From contig CAVRCF010000001.1 in NCBI GenBank assembly GCA_963719505.1, positions 288,001 through 352,000 on the forward strand: 64,000 bases of DNA, read 5' to 3'. This DNA comes from Halobacteriovoraceae bacterium (lineage in GTDB: Bacteria; Bdellovibrionota; Bacteriovoracia; Bacteriovoracales; Bacteriovoracaceae). Positions 1-9,577 of the stretch are shown one piece after another. The stretch's first letter is position 1. Every line of letters starts with the position of its first letter. The notes below the pieces were generated by a model. The model had not been told where the DNA came from. It saw nothing but the letters and a program-made list of their open reading frames with translations, and searched no databases. The translations under genes were made by a program, and so were the position numbers.

Positions 1-189
1 GATAAAGTCTTTTCTATGAAAGAGATTGATAAAGATCTCTTTAGGGTTAAACTGATTGGCATAGGCTATCTCTAGCTCGAGAAGTGTTTTTTCAAAAATA
101 GGCCATAAAACTTTTGGGATACTTCGTCCAACCTCTCCCATCCGAGTCCCCTTGCCAGCGGCAAGAATCAATACATAATCAACTTGCAT
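1..189 (-). CDS. Nucleotidyltransferase, MurU-like, N-terminal part only (runs off the window start)
   Basis: Manual translation from ATG at 189 gives MQVDYVLILAAGKGTRMGEVGRSIPKVLWPI, the LAAGxGTRM...PK motif of sugar-phosphate nucleotidyltransferases. It overlaps the stop of the amgK-like gene. Not in the ORF track. Confidence 0.85.
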   Translation of the reverse strand, partial: MQVDYVLILAAGKGTRMGEVGRSIPKVLWPIFEKTLLELEIAYANQFNPKEIFINLFHRKDFI

Positions 190-1201
190 AGTAGCTTCCG
201 AACAGTGTCTTTCTTAGTTCGTTATAGTCAGGGTTTGCCAGCATAATCTTTTTAATCTTCTCCATAGCGAATCCGATATATTTTACGTATCGTTCGTCTT
301 TTCTATGCTCAAAGATATAAGAAAAGCTTCCAATGGCTTTAAAAACTCTTTGAATTGCGACAAGATCGTAGAGTCTTTTGAATTCCTCAAAGCTTGATTG
401 ATCCTCAAGTTTGTCTTTCATTTCGTCGTAGTAATAAAGGAGCAGTTTCTCTTTGTTCTCCATATTAAGTTCATAGTAACAATCGTCTAAAAGTGAAGCT
501 AAGTCATACTGCGGAATACCCATTCTAGCGTCCTGGAAGTCTATAATTATTAACTCTCCATTTTTCACCATTATATTTCGCGAGTGAAAATCTCTATGAG
601 TAAGAACCATGCTTCGAGATGAAATTTCTCGACAAATCTTTTCAAACTCAGTATTAAGTTTTGAGATAGGTGCAAGCTCTTTAATCTTTAAAAATTTTTT
701 ATAAAAGTATCTCAAACTAAAATCGATTTCTTCCATATATTTTGTAAAGTCAAATTTCAAATTAAACAGCTGACTATCCTCAATCTTTTGAGGGCTTGTT
801 TTGTGAATTTTTATGAGTTCATCAATTATTTTCTTATAGATATCGAACTCTTGGGACAGGCTTTCTATATTGACCATCTCTTGAATTAAAGTTTGGTCGC
901 CAAGATCTTCCTCAAGAATATATCCTTTAGAAGGATTGCTATCTAGGACAAGGGGGACTCTTATTTTCTCACGATGAAAGAAGTTTTGTTTTTTTACAAA
1001 ATCATTATCATCTTGGCTTGGATTATCAAGACAAACCACATAACTAATCTTTGTACAGAAGACTCTATAATACCTTCTTGTTGAGGCATCTCCCGTTAAC
1101 CTTTCAATGGATTCTATTTTTTCAATCTCTATTTTATTGTCTTTAACTGACTGTCTAAACAGATCTTCGATGAATAGGCGCTCTGACATTTCTGGCTTCA
1201 T
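179..1201 (-). CDS. amgK: Aminoglycoside-phosphotransferase-fold kinase, AmgK-like anomeric MurNAc/GlcNAc kinase
   Basis: GDASTRRYYR, HRDFHSRN, IIDFQDA and YDLASLL motifs; immediately upstream of a nucleotidyltransferase, as in amgK-murU. Confidence 0.8.
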   Translation of the reverse strand: MKPEMSERLFIEDLFRQSVKDNKIEIEKIESIERLTGDASTRRYYRVFCTKISYVVCLDNPSQDDNDFVKKQNFFHREKIRVPLVLDSNPSKGYILEEDLGDQTLIQEMVNIESLSQEFDIYKKIIDELIKIHKTSPQKIEDSQLFNLKFDFTKYMEEIDFSLRYFYKKFLKIKELAPISKLNTEFEKICREISSRSMVLTHRDFHSRNIMVKNGELIIIDFQDARMGIPQYDLASLLDDCYYELNMENKEKLLLYYYDEMKDKLEDQSSFEEFKRLYDLVAIQRVFKAIGSFSYIFEHRKDERYVKYIGFAMEKIKKIMLANPDYNELRKTLFGSYYAS

Positions 1202-1203
1202 AC

Positions 1204-1980
1204 TTACCTTTTAATATTTCTAATAAATCTATAAAATCCGCGAGAGGATCCTGCGTGATATTTTACAGATTTCTTATCTGTATTTTTAATAATAAATGCT
1301 TTAAATAATGCTTCTTCTCGCGAAATAACGCTTAGGTCTCCCAGTTGCATTGAAAAATCTACTGAGTTTCTGTTTTGTATTTGGAGCCAAGATAGATAGT
1401 TATCTGTATCGATCCCAATTCTTTTTAACAGATAGAAAGCCCACTTATGAATCTCTACTTTATCGCTAATACCAAGCCTCATTGTAGACAACATCCTCTG
1501 CGTTGAATAATGTCCAGTAGGAATAACGATCTGCTTTCTATAGATACCTTTTTCTGCTCTTATGAGTTCATAGATTACTAGGCAGTAAAGGAGTTTTTCA
1601 CTTTTAATATATTTATTAACAAGCCCACTTGAGACAAAAATACTTTTACCTGGCAAAGAAAAATGAAAAGGGACCTCGCTGTCAATAACTGTGAGACTTG
1701 GTTCAATTTGGTCGTTAAAGAATAGTTCATTATTTTTTTGAATTTGATTTATAATACTTTTGAAATAAGAAGTACTTTGATTTGAGAGATCAACAGTTTT
1801 AATTTCATCTGTTTTGAGATAAGACTTCTTCAATGACTTCATCTGGTCGAGATAATCTTTTTTTAAATATTGAGCCTTATCCGACAGGTCGACGAGTTCG
1901 AGTTCTTCTTGATCAGAACTTTTCCAAAGGCTGCATCCACTCAGGATGATAAAAAATAGGGTTACAATAATTGCTTTCAT
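1204..1980 (-). CDS. Lipoprotein with a degenerate M48-peptidase-like domain
   Basis: Lipobox LSGC; FSLPGKSIFVSSGL resembles the M48 AFALPGG.I.V..GL motif, but the HExxH position reads YELIR. Confidence 0.55.
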   Translation of the reverse strand: MKAIIVTLFFIILSGCSLWKSSDQEELELVDLSDKAQYLKKDYLDQMKSLKKSYLKTDEIKTVDLSNQSTSYFKSIINQIQKNNELFFNDQIEPSLTVIDSEVPFHFSLPGKSIFVSSGLVNKYIKSEKLLYCLVIYELIRAEKGIYRKQIVIPTGHYSTQRMLSTMRLGISDKVEIHKWAFYLLKRIGIDTDNYLSWLQIQNRNSVDFSMQLGDLSVISREEALFKAFIIKNTDKKSVKYHAGSSRGFYRFIRNIKR

Positions 1981-1991
1981 TGATCCTGAAT

Positions 1992-2015
1992 AAAAAACAG
2001 GCCTAAAAAGGCCTG
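1992..2015 (-). terminator. Putative intrinsic terminator after the LysM gene
   Basis: CAGGCCT-aaaa-AGGCCTG hairpin (1998-2015) followed on the minus strand by a T6 run. Confidence 0.6.
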
Positions 2016-2041
2016 CTCTTCTCTATATGTTCTTCTTTTAT

Positions 2042-2728
2042 TTAAAGATCATTTGTGTTGTTGGCAACATCTCTTCCCTCAATAATTGGAGTGAAAATAG
2101 TAAAGCCTGCGAAAATTTTATTTGGATTTTTTATCAATGGCTTATTGTTATTCCAAATATCTTTCCAATATTTAACAGTTCCGTACGATGTATCAGATAT
2201 TGATCCAAGTGTGTCGCCGTTTTTAATTAAGTATTTATTTCCCTCAGGAGCCCAAGTAAATACTTCAAGAGGTCTTTCATATTTTAATACGGTCCCCTCT
2301 TTAATCATTTTTACTCCACCATTTTGAGCTGAGATTTTTCTCCACATAGAATAGTCTCCATAGATTTTAAATGCGACCATCATAAGTGTTTCATTCTTTT
2401 CAACTGTGTACTCACCCATACCACCAACTTCGTCGATCATTGGCGCAGATGCAGCTGTGTCCATCATCATTGGATCAGTCATCATCGGTTCAGTTTTCAT
2501 TCCCATAGGTGCAGGCGGTGCATCGCTTGAAGCCAAGCTTTCATCGAACGACTCCATCGTTAAATCAGTGTTATCACCAACCACATCAGAAGAGCCAGTG
2601 TCCTCTGTAAATTCATTTGAATCTGTTAATTCAATTCCTGCATCAACTTCATCTAAGTCTGAAGATGACTTTGATCCAGAACATGAGACAAGCCCCATCA
2701 ATAACGACATTAGTACTAATAATTTCAT
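2042..2728 (-). CDS. LysM peptidoglycan-binding lipoprotein with two LysM-like domains
   Basis: Lipobox LVSC, acidic/Met-rich linker, YTVEKNETLMMVAFKIYGD and YLIKNGDTLGSIS...YG...W..IWNNN...NPNKI. Confidence 0.85.
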   Translation of the reverse strand: MKLLVLMSLLMGLVSCSGSKSSSDLDEVDAGIELTDSNEFTEDTGSSDVVGDNTDLTMESFDESLASSDAPPAPMGMKTEPMMTDPMMMDTAASAPMIDEVGGMGEYTVEKNETLMMVAFKIYGDYSMWRKISAQNGGVKMIKEGTVLKYERPLEVFTWAPEGNKYLIKNGDTLGSISDTSYGTVKYWKDIWNNNKPLIKNPNKIFAGFTIFTPIIEGRDVANNTNDL

Positions 2729-2819
2729 TTCTATCTCCTCAATATGATTTTGAAAATGATTTTAAGAAATTATAACATGTCTTTTAAAAATGTGAGCATC
2801 GGAAAAAATTTATTAGTAA

Positions 2820-3494
2820 TTAGTATTGAAAAAACATTTCCTGTTGATCAATTGACTCATGTATTCTCTTCACCAGCTTATCAAAGTGATCTTCATTTTC
2901 GAGAAAATCTAGATCATCGGTGTCAACTATTAGAGACTTTCCAAGGTCGTAATTGTCATACCACTCATCGTAATACTGATTTAGCTTAGTGAGGTAGTCT
3001 ACTGGTATAGCTTGTTCGTAATCTCTCCCACGCAGTTTTATTCTCTCGCATAGCTTTGGTACTGATCTCTTTAAAAAGATCATCAATGTTGGGGGTGAAA
3101 GGTACTGAATCATTGATTCATAAAGGTTGCAGTAATTTTCGTAATCTCGAGCATCGAGGTCACCTTGTTCAAACAAAGATTTTGCAAAAATATTTGCATC
3201 TTCGTAAATAGATCGATCTTGAATGGAGCTTCCCATTCCTGACTCAATCATTTTATGAGTATTAAATCTGTGGGTAAGAAAATAAACCTGCAGAGGAAAA
3301 CTCCAGCGACTCATATTTTCGTAAAAATCGGCAAGGTATGGATTATCTTGAACAGACTCAAAGTAAGGTTTCCAGTTTAATTTTTCTGATAGCTTATTTG
3401 TTAAGGTCGTTTTACCGCTTCCGATATTTCCAGCGACAACAACAAACATTTTATTGTTACCACTAGATAGCTCCTTATATGCGTGCTCAGACAT
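2820..3494 (-). CDS. Deoxynucleoside kinase (dAK/dGK/dCK family)
   Basis: P-loop AGNIGSGKTT, DRSIYED and RGRDYE motifs; start moved to MSEHAY, which follows a GGAGG RBS. Confidence 0.9.
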   Translation of the reverse strand: MSEHAYKELSSGNNKMFVVVAGNIGSGKTTLTNKLSEKLNWKPYFESVQDNPYLADFYENMSRWSFPLQVYFLTHRFNTHKMIESGMGSSIQDRSIYEDANIFAKSLFEQGDLDARDYENYCNLYESMIQYLSPPTLMIFLKRSVPKLCERIKLRGRDYEQAIPVDYLTKLNQYYDEWYDNYDLGKSLIVDTDDLDFLENEDHFDKLVKRIHESIDQQEMFFQY

Positions 3495-3581
3495 GCTTCC
3501 TCCCCAATATGTTGTGTTCTTCATAGATAGCAAAAACTTAGTGAAAGAGTCAATCAATGCTATATTTTTTTAGAAAGTCTC

Positions 3582-4646
3582 TTGATTGATTTATTTACGG
3601 AGGCCTATAAGTTCTATAAAATAGGCAGATATATGTTATTGCACAAAGTTAGATCCATTAAAGTTTTCATGCTCCTGCTTCTTTGCGCGGCGAGTATAAA
3701 TAATTCTTACTCACAGGATCTTGTTAACGATATTAGCTCCGGAGTCACCCTGGGAGACTCCCAAGAGATGTTCACAGAGACTATTAGGATCATCGGTCGC
3801 TCAAGAAAAGTTTTCGTTATCACTAATACCAATCAAATGCTTTTCAAAGGCGACTTCATTACAATTGTTCTCGACGAAAGGGAAGCTGTTGCAAGAGCCG
3901 TCGTAGCAAAAAACCAAAATGATTTAGTTGGAATAAAAATTCTAAGAATTTATTCTTTGAAAAACTGGAAGAGAATTCGCAAAGACCTCGATGTAAAAAT
4001 TTTAAAAGGTGACGATAGTTGGCTCTTTAAAAAAGAAGAACCAAAAGTTGAGACAAACCCTGATGCGGGTATAAAAATCAATAGCGAAGAAGACTTGTAT
4101 GACGAAGACACTCTCCTCAATCAAGACTTAGATTCTTTTGGCAAGGATACAAGACTCATCAAGCCCGATAATATTGTCAGTGCCGCTTATGCCCGTTACA
4201 GTTTAGATAATCCTTTTGCCAATGGTGGTGAGGGTGAAGTTGAGGCTTTTAACGAGTTCAATGGTTCGTGGGCTTACCAATTTGCTGATAATATTTGGGT
4301 CGAAGGGACAGTGGGATTTGTCACCATGGACAATGTTCCAGCAAACTCTACTCAAACAGTTCTCACTGACCTGATTGTGAGACTTAAGTATACTTTTCAA
4401 GCCCCTCTCTACTCTTACTTTCAACCTTATATCGGTTACCAATACCAAACTGTTTCCAGCCCTAATGCAGGGAAAGCAGAAAATAACGAAGCTTTAAATG
4501 AGAGGGAACTAGATTTTATTGATCAACTTCCAGAGAGTCGAGTTGTTGTGGGCGTTACCGTACTTCGACGTCTTGTTCCGGGCTGGTTTCTCAAAGGAGA
4601 CCTTGGTACTGATATTTTAGCAATAGGATTTGGTATTGAATTTTAA
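3582..4646 (+). CDS. Exported protein with a C-terminal outer-membrane beta-barrel-like domain; start uncertain
   Basis: Hydrophobic signal-like segment, alternating aromatic strands and terminal Phe (GFGIEF). Confidence 0.6.
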   Translation: MIDLFTEAYKFYKIGRYMLLHKVRSIKVFMLLLLCAASINNSYSQDLVNDISSGVTLGDSQEMFTETIRIIGRSRKVFVITNTNQMLFKGDFITIVLDEREAVARAVVAKNQNDLVGIKILRIYSLKNWKRIRKDLDVKILKGDDSWLFKKEEPKVETNPDAGIKINSEEDLYDEDTLLNQDLDSFGKDTRLIKPDNIVSAAYARYSLDNPFANGGEGEVEAFNEFNGSWAYQFADNIWVEGTVGFVTMDNVPANSTQTVLTDLIVRLKYTFQAPLYSYFQPYIGYQYQTVSSPNAGKAENNEALNERELDFIDQLPESRVVVGVTVLRRLVPGWFLKGDLGTDILAIGFGIEF

Positions 4647-4773
4647 AATTATTTTTCTCATATTTTCTCTTATCTTTTTTATCGGTTGTGGCTTAAAAAA
4701 TAAGCCAAAAGCTAAAAAAGGAAAATCTCTACCGTCGGTTTCTTCTAAGTATATTAAAAAGATTAGTAAGTAG
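4636..4773 (+). CDS. Small 45-aa lipoprotein, LptM/LppL-like
   Basis: Manual translation from TTG 4636 gives MNFKIIFLIFSLIFFIGCGLKNKPKAKKGKSLPSVSSKYIKKISK*; lipobox FIGC followed by CGxK..P. It fills the gap before folK and is below the ORF-track size cutoff. Confidence 0.65.
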   Translation: MNFKIIFLIFSLIFFIGCGLKNKPKAKKGKSLPSVSSKYIKKISK

Positions 4774-4775
4774 TA

Positions 4776-5252
4776 ATGAGCTTAGTCCTTGCAACAGGAA
4801 GTAATCTCCACGATAAGCTTCAAAATCTAATAGACGCCAAAAATGTTTTACAAGAAATGTTTGACCTCAAAGCTGAAAGTGATGTGTTTGAGTCAGTCGC
4901 GGTTGACTACACTAACCAACCCGACTTTTATAATCAAGTGCTAGAGTTCACCATACCCGAGGATTTTTCACCGCAAGAAGTCATGCTAAAACTTTTAGAA
5001 ATTGAAAAGCTAATGGGAAGAACGAGAGATATCGATAAGGGACCCAGAACTGTCGATATTGATATTATTTTCTGGGATTTAGCGGCAATAAGGGAAGAAA
5101 ACTTGATCATTCCCCACCCTCGTTGGCAAGATAGAAGCTTTGTTGTCCGACCGTTGCAACAGTTACCGTTCTTTAAAAAAATTGAGAAATGTTTTAAAAT
5201 ACCCCATGGATTTGAAGTAGATGCAAAACCCATACAAAGGATAGATAAATGA
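4776..5252 (+). CDS. folK: 2-amino-4-hydroxy-6-hydroxymethyldihydropteridine diphosphokinase
   Basis: GSN, QPDFYNQV, GPRTVDIDI and IPHPR...RSFV motifs. Confidence 0.95.
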   Translation: MSLVLATGSNLHDKLQNLIDAKNVLQEMFDLKAESDVFESVAVDYTNQPDFYNQVLEFTIPEDFSPQEVMLKLLEIEKLMGRTRDIDKGPRTVDIDIIFWDLAAIREENLIIPHPRWQDRSFVVRPLQQLPFFKKIEKCFKIPHGFEVDAKPIQRIDK

Positions 5253-6388
5253 ATTTTGAATTAACTCAGGATCAAAAAGACATGCAAGAGATGGCGTTAA
5301 AGTTTGCTAAAAACGAACTTATCCCCGTTGCAGCAAAATATGACGAAGAGGGAATTTTTCCTATGGAAGAATTCAAAAAAGCTTGGGAGCTTGGACTCAT
5401 CAATACATGTATTCCAGCTGAATATGGTGGGGCTGGGTTTTCTGAAGTTGAAGCAGTCATGATCGGCGAAACTATGGCTTATGGTTGCATGGGGATAAAC
5501 ACTTCTTTTATGGCCAATGACCTCGCACTTTTACCGATAAAAATTGCTGGTACCCACGAGCAAAAAGAAAAATTTCTAAGACCCTTCACAGAAGAATTTA
5601 AGATCGCTTCGTTTTGCTTGACTGAACCAAGCAATGGATCTGATGCTGCAGGAATTCAAACCACAATTAAAGAAGATGGTGACCACTGGGTTATCAACGG
5701 AGAGAAAATGTGGATTACAAATGCAGGTCATGCCGACCAGTTTGTCGTGTACGGAACAATAGATCCCGCACTAAAGCATAAAGGAATTTCAGCTGTTGTT
5801 GTTCCCGCTGGTACGGAAGGAATTATTCTTGGAAAAAAAGAAGATAAAATGGGTCATCGTTCAAGCGATACCCGTGGAGTTAGATTTGAAAATGTAAGAG
5901 TGCCAAAAGAAAATATGTTAGGCGCACCTGGAGAAGGATGGCTCATTGCCATGAAAACTCTAGATTATTCTAGACCATTAGTTGCCTCTGCAGCACTCGG
6001 TGGTTCTCAAAGAGCTCTTGACGAGTCTTTAAAATACGCGAAAGAGAGAAAGCAATTCGGCGTTGAAATCGCAAAGCATCAAATGATTCAACAAATATTA
6101 GCTGATATGGCCATGAAAGTTGAAGCTTCTAGACTCCTCGTCTACAAAGCGGCGTGGCAAGTTGACAAAGGAATTAGAAACACTGAAGTTGCAAGTTATG
6201 CCAAAGCTTTCGCCAGTGATTCGTGTATGCAAATCACCACCGATGCGGTACAACTATTTGGCGGATACGGCTACAGTAAAGAGTACCCTGTGGAAAAGTT
6301 AATGCGGGATGCAAAACTTATTCAGATTTATGAAGGCACAAGTCAAATCCAAAGACTAGTAATAGCAAGAGAAATACTAAAGAGATAA
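5249..6388 (+). CDS. Acyl-CoA dehydrogenase
   Basis: FCLTEPSNGSD, NGEKMWITN, RKQFG, GGYGY and IYEGTSQIQ; adjacent to etfBA. Confidence 0.95.
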   Translation: MNFELTQDQKDMQEMALKFAKNELIPVAAKYDEEGIFPMEEFKKAWELGLINTCIPAEYGGAGFSEVEAVMIGETMAYGCMGINTSFMANDLALLPIKIAGTHEQKEKFLRPFTEEFKIASFCLTEPSNGSDAAGIQTTIKEDGDHWVINGEKMWITNAGHADQFVVYGTIDPALKHKGISAVVVPAGTEGIILGKKEDKMGHRSSDTRGVRFENVRVPKENMLGAPGEGWLIAMKTLDYSRPLVASAALGGSQRALDESLKYAKERKQFGVEIAKHQMIQQILADMAMKVEASRLLVYKAAWQVDKGIRNTEVASYAKAFASDSCMQITTDAVQLFGGYGYSKEYPVEKLMRDAKLIQIYEGTSQIQRLVIAREILKR

Positions 6389-6411
6389 TTAACTAACTTA
6401 AAGGAGTATGT

Positions 6412-7206
6412 ATGAACATTTTTGTCTGTGTAAAACAAGTTCCGGATACGGAAACAAAAGTTCAGCCAAATGGTGATGGAACTTTTATCGAAACAAGCTC
6501 AATAAAATGGATTATGAATCCCTATGATGAATTTGCTGTTGAACAAGCTCTTCTTGTAAAAGCTGCGAATGCTGGATCAACTGTTACTGTCGTTAGAGTC
6601 GGTGGTGTTAAAGATACTGAAGCCCTTAGAACAGCAATGGCGATGGGTGCTGATGAAGCGATCTTAGTTGAAGCTGAAGATAACCTTAGACTCTTATTCA
6701 ATCGCAAAAGCACTTAAAGGTGCTATTGAAAAGTCTGGAAAGTCTGCAGATCTTATTCTTTGTGGTAAACAAGCAATCGATGATGACTGTCTTCAAGTTC
6801 CACAGATTCTAGCGCAGATGATGAGTCTTCCTTCTGTTGCTGTTATTGTCGGATTTGAGCAAAACGGCGAAGCAATTACAGTAAAAAGAGAGATCGAAGG
6901 TGGAGCACTTGAAGTTTATGAGTTAAACACTCCGTGTGTTCTAGCGACGAATAAAGGAATAAATACTCCAAGATACGCTTCACTTCCTGGAATCATGAAA
7001 GCAAAAAGAAAACCACTTCAACAATTAAGTCTATCATGATGTTGGTGTTGAAGCTGATGATAGAAGAGTTGCTTATTCAGATTTTACATTTACCTCCTGA
7101 GAAACCAGCAGGTAAAACATTTGATGCAATGGATGAGGCAAATCAAGCAAGTGTAGTTGCAGAGGTTGTTGGACTATTAAGAAACGAAGCGAAAGTTAAG
7201 ATATAA
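6412..7206 (+). CDS. etfB: Electron transfer flavoprotein beta subunit, with three apparent +1 frameshifts
   Basis: CVKQVPD, NPYDEFAVE, GKQAID and PRYASLPGIMKAK. Removing single extra bases near 6685, 7037 and 7090 gives a continuous frame ending LRNEAKVKI* (TAA 7204-7206, overlapping the etfA ATG). Confidence 0.9.
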
Positions 7207-8169
7207 TGGCAAAAGTATTAGTTTATTCAGAATTAAATAAAGGGAAAGTAAAACCCGTTACTCTAGAGATTCTTGGAAGATTAAGTGGTCAAGATGCTGA
7301 CGTGGTTTTTGTTGGCGAAGAAGTAGCAGCTGATCAGATAACTGTTCTTGGCGAGTATGGAGCAAATAAAATCCATGATTTAAAAGGTGATAAGTTAGAT
7401 AAATATACTCCTGAGGGTTATTCAAATGCTCTTCACGGTTTTATCTCAAGTGCAGTCTTATGACTATGTTCTTGCAGGTGCTACAAGTGCAGCTAAGGAT
7501 TTTATACCAAGACTTGCGACAAAGTTTGATGCAGGACTTGCAAGTGATTGTACAAACTTTCTTTTTGAAGGAGACACATTTCACGGAACAAGACCGCTGT
7601 TTGCTGGTAAGTGTTTAGCCAAAGTAAATCTTCAAGGACCAAAACCACATTTTGCAACTGTTAGACCAAATGCTCTTGGTATGCCAGAGACAAAGTCTGC
7701 TGGTGCAGGTGAAAAGAATGAAGTTTCAGCAGATGCTGGTGAAATAAAAGCTATGATCAAAGAGATCGTTGCTGCTGCAAGTGAAAAAGTTGATCTTACA
7801 GAGGCAAATATTATTATCTCCGGTGGACGTGCGATGAAAAACTCTGAGAACTTTGCGATTCTTGATGAGTGTGCAGCTGTTCTTGGAGCAACTGTTGGTG
7901 CAAGTCGTGCTGCTGTTGACTCAGGTTATGCCCCAGCAAATATGCAAGTCGGTCAAACAGGTAAAACTGTTTCTCCTTCACTTTATATTGCTTGTGGTAT
8001 TTCAGGAGCTATTCAGCATCTAGCTGGGATGAGAACATCAAAAGTTATTGTTGCTATCAACACTGACCCAGATGCTCCAATCTTCACAAAAGCTGACTAC
8101 GGTATCGTTGGTGACCTTTATAAAATTGTTCCTCTACTTACTGAAGAATTTAAAAAAGTAATGGATTAA
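7206..8169 (+). CDS. etfA: Electron transfer flavoprotein alpha subunit, with one apparent frameshift near 7452
   Basis: GASRAAVD, QVGQTGKTV, GISGAIQHLAGM and AINTDPDAPIF; the N-terminus is in ORF 7206..7463 and the rest in 7426..8169. Confidence 0.92.
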
Positions 8170-8182
8170 ATTAAATAGATAC

Positions 8183-8209
8183 GGGGGAGTTGTCATACTC
8201 CCCCTTTTT
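8183..8209 (+). terminator. Intrinsic terminator after etfA
   Basis: GGGGGAGT-tgtcat-ACTCCCCC followed by TTTTT. Confidence 0.9.
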
Positions 8210-8214
8210 ATGTC

Positions 8215-8814
8215 ATGAAAACTCGTCTCATTTCTTTTCTCGCTTCCCTATTATTTCGAATACTGAAGTTAACCTATACATATAAGCTCGATTTTCAAGA
8301 TGAAGATCAAACCTCACTTTTAAAAAGTAAATCTCCTGATCCAAACCTTCAATACTTAATCGCATTTTTTCATCAAGACGAATTAGCACTCATTCCATAC
8401 TTTATCGATTCTAATCATGCAGCTTTAGTTTCCCTTTCAAAAGATGGAGAGATCATGAGTCGCGCTATCAAGAATCTTGGACTCACACCCATAAGGGGGT
8501 CTTCATCCCGCGGAGCTGTGTCGGGTTTAATTGCGGCCATAAGAAAAGTGAAAGAGGGTTATACCCTGGCCTTTGCTGTCGATGGTCCCCGTGGGCCAAT
8601 TTATAAAGTGAAAGAGGGATTATCAAAAGTTTCTCAAAAGACTGAAGTTAAAATTCTTCCCCTCAGGGCCAATGTCGACAAAGAATATATTTTCGAAAAA
8701 GCTTGGAACAAAGCTAAGCTGGCAAAGCCTTTTGCAACCATAACCATTAAGGTTGGCAAACTTGACTTTTATACTCCAGAACAATTGGAGCAAAAGCTCC
8801 TAAACTTAAACTAA
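8215..8814 (+). CDS. DUF374 / lysophospholipid acyltransferase family protein
   Basis: VSLSKDGEI, IRGSSSRGA and VDGPRGP motifs. Confidence 0.85.
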   Translation: MKTRLISFLASLLFRILKLTYTYKLDFQDEDQTSLLKSKSPDPNLQYLIAFFHQDELALIPYFIDSNHAALVSLSKDGEIMSRAIKNLGLTPIRGSSSRGAVSGLIAAIRKVKEGYTLAFAVDGPRGPIYKVKEGLSKVSQKTEVKILPLRANVDKEYIFEKAWNKAKLAKPFATITIKVGKLDFYTPEQLEQKLLNLN

Positions 8815-8834
8815 AGCTGATTATTTTCCGATAA
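8807..8834 (+). promoter_or_regulatory. Putative sigma-28 (FliA)-type promoter
   Basis: TAAA-N16-TCCGATAA, against the consensus TAAA-N15-GCCGATAA, 18 nt upstream of ORF 8853. Confidence 0.45.
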
Positions 8835-8852
8835 GTTCTCAAAGGATTAAAA

Positions 8853-9575
8853 ATGGAACCAATTAACTACTCATGGGATGAAGGTGAAGAATCATTTAGC
8901 GATGAAGAATCCTTCATCAACGAATCCTCCCTAGAAAGTGAGGTGGAACTTCCCAGTAGAAAAAACCTGCAACTTGCAAGAAGACTCTTTCACGTTGGAA
9001 ATGGTGTGGCCGTTGCAACACTTTACTGGATATCATTTTCTCACTCTCAGATGGTTCATGCTCTTGGGATGATTGCCTGTTTACTCTACGTTTTTGAGCA
9101 AATTAGAATTAGCTATCCTGAAGCTCAAAGCAAGTTTCTTCCTATGACACGTTTTATTATGCGGGCTGAAGAACAACTTAAAGAATCAGCAATGGTTCCT
9201 TATGCTTTTGCCGTTTTACTTACCATTATAACTTTTCCAAAACCTATTGCTCTTATTGCAATTTATACACTCGCTATTTCAGATCCGCTTTCAGCGATTA
9301 TTGGAATTCAATTTGGAAAAAGAAGAATAGTTCCGCACAAAAGTTTAGAAGGTTCTGCGGCATTTTTTGTATCTTCTTTCATCATCTGTGTTTTTGTCTT
9401 AGGTGTAACGACAGGAGAGGTAAGCGGACTCGTGCTGATTGTCTCATTACTGGTATCTTTTATGACCAGTGCTTTTGAAATGCTACCACTTCGTATTGAC
9501 GACAATTTAACAATACCACTTTTCTCAGCAATTATGCTTTGGATATTTTGTGAAACATTCGGGATTTATCTTTAA
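8853..9575 (+). CDS. CTP-dependent diacylglycerol/polyprenol (phytol/dolichol) kinase family membrane protein
   Basis: [24 protein letters not shown] and DDNLTIP motifs; multiple TM helices. Confidence 0.85.
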   Translation: MEPINYSWDEGEESFSDEESFINESSLESEVELPSRKNLQLARRLFHVGNGVAVATLYWISFSHSQMVHALGMIACLLYVFEQIRISYPEAQSKFLPMTRFIMRAEEQLKESAMVPYAFAVLLTIITFPKPIALIAIYTLAISDPLSAIIGIQFGKRRIVPHKSLEGSAAFFVSSFIICVFVLGVTTGEVSGLVLIVSLLVSFMTSAFEMLPLRIDDNLTIPLFSAIMLWIFCETFGIYL

Positions 9576-9577
9576 TT

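Noticed and set aside
7030-7100. Selenocysteine readthrough or programmed frameshifting in etfB
   Set aside because: The TGA codons arise only from frame disruption, homology continues in another frame, and multiple indels without slippery-site structure favour sequencing error.
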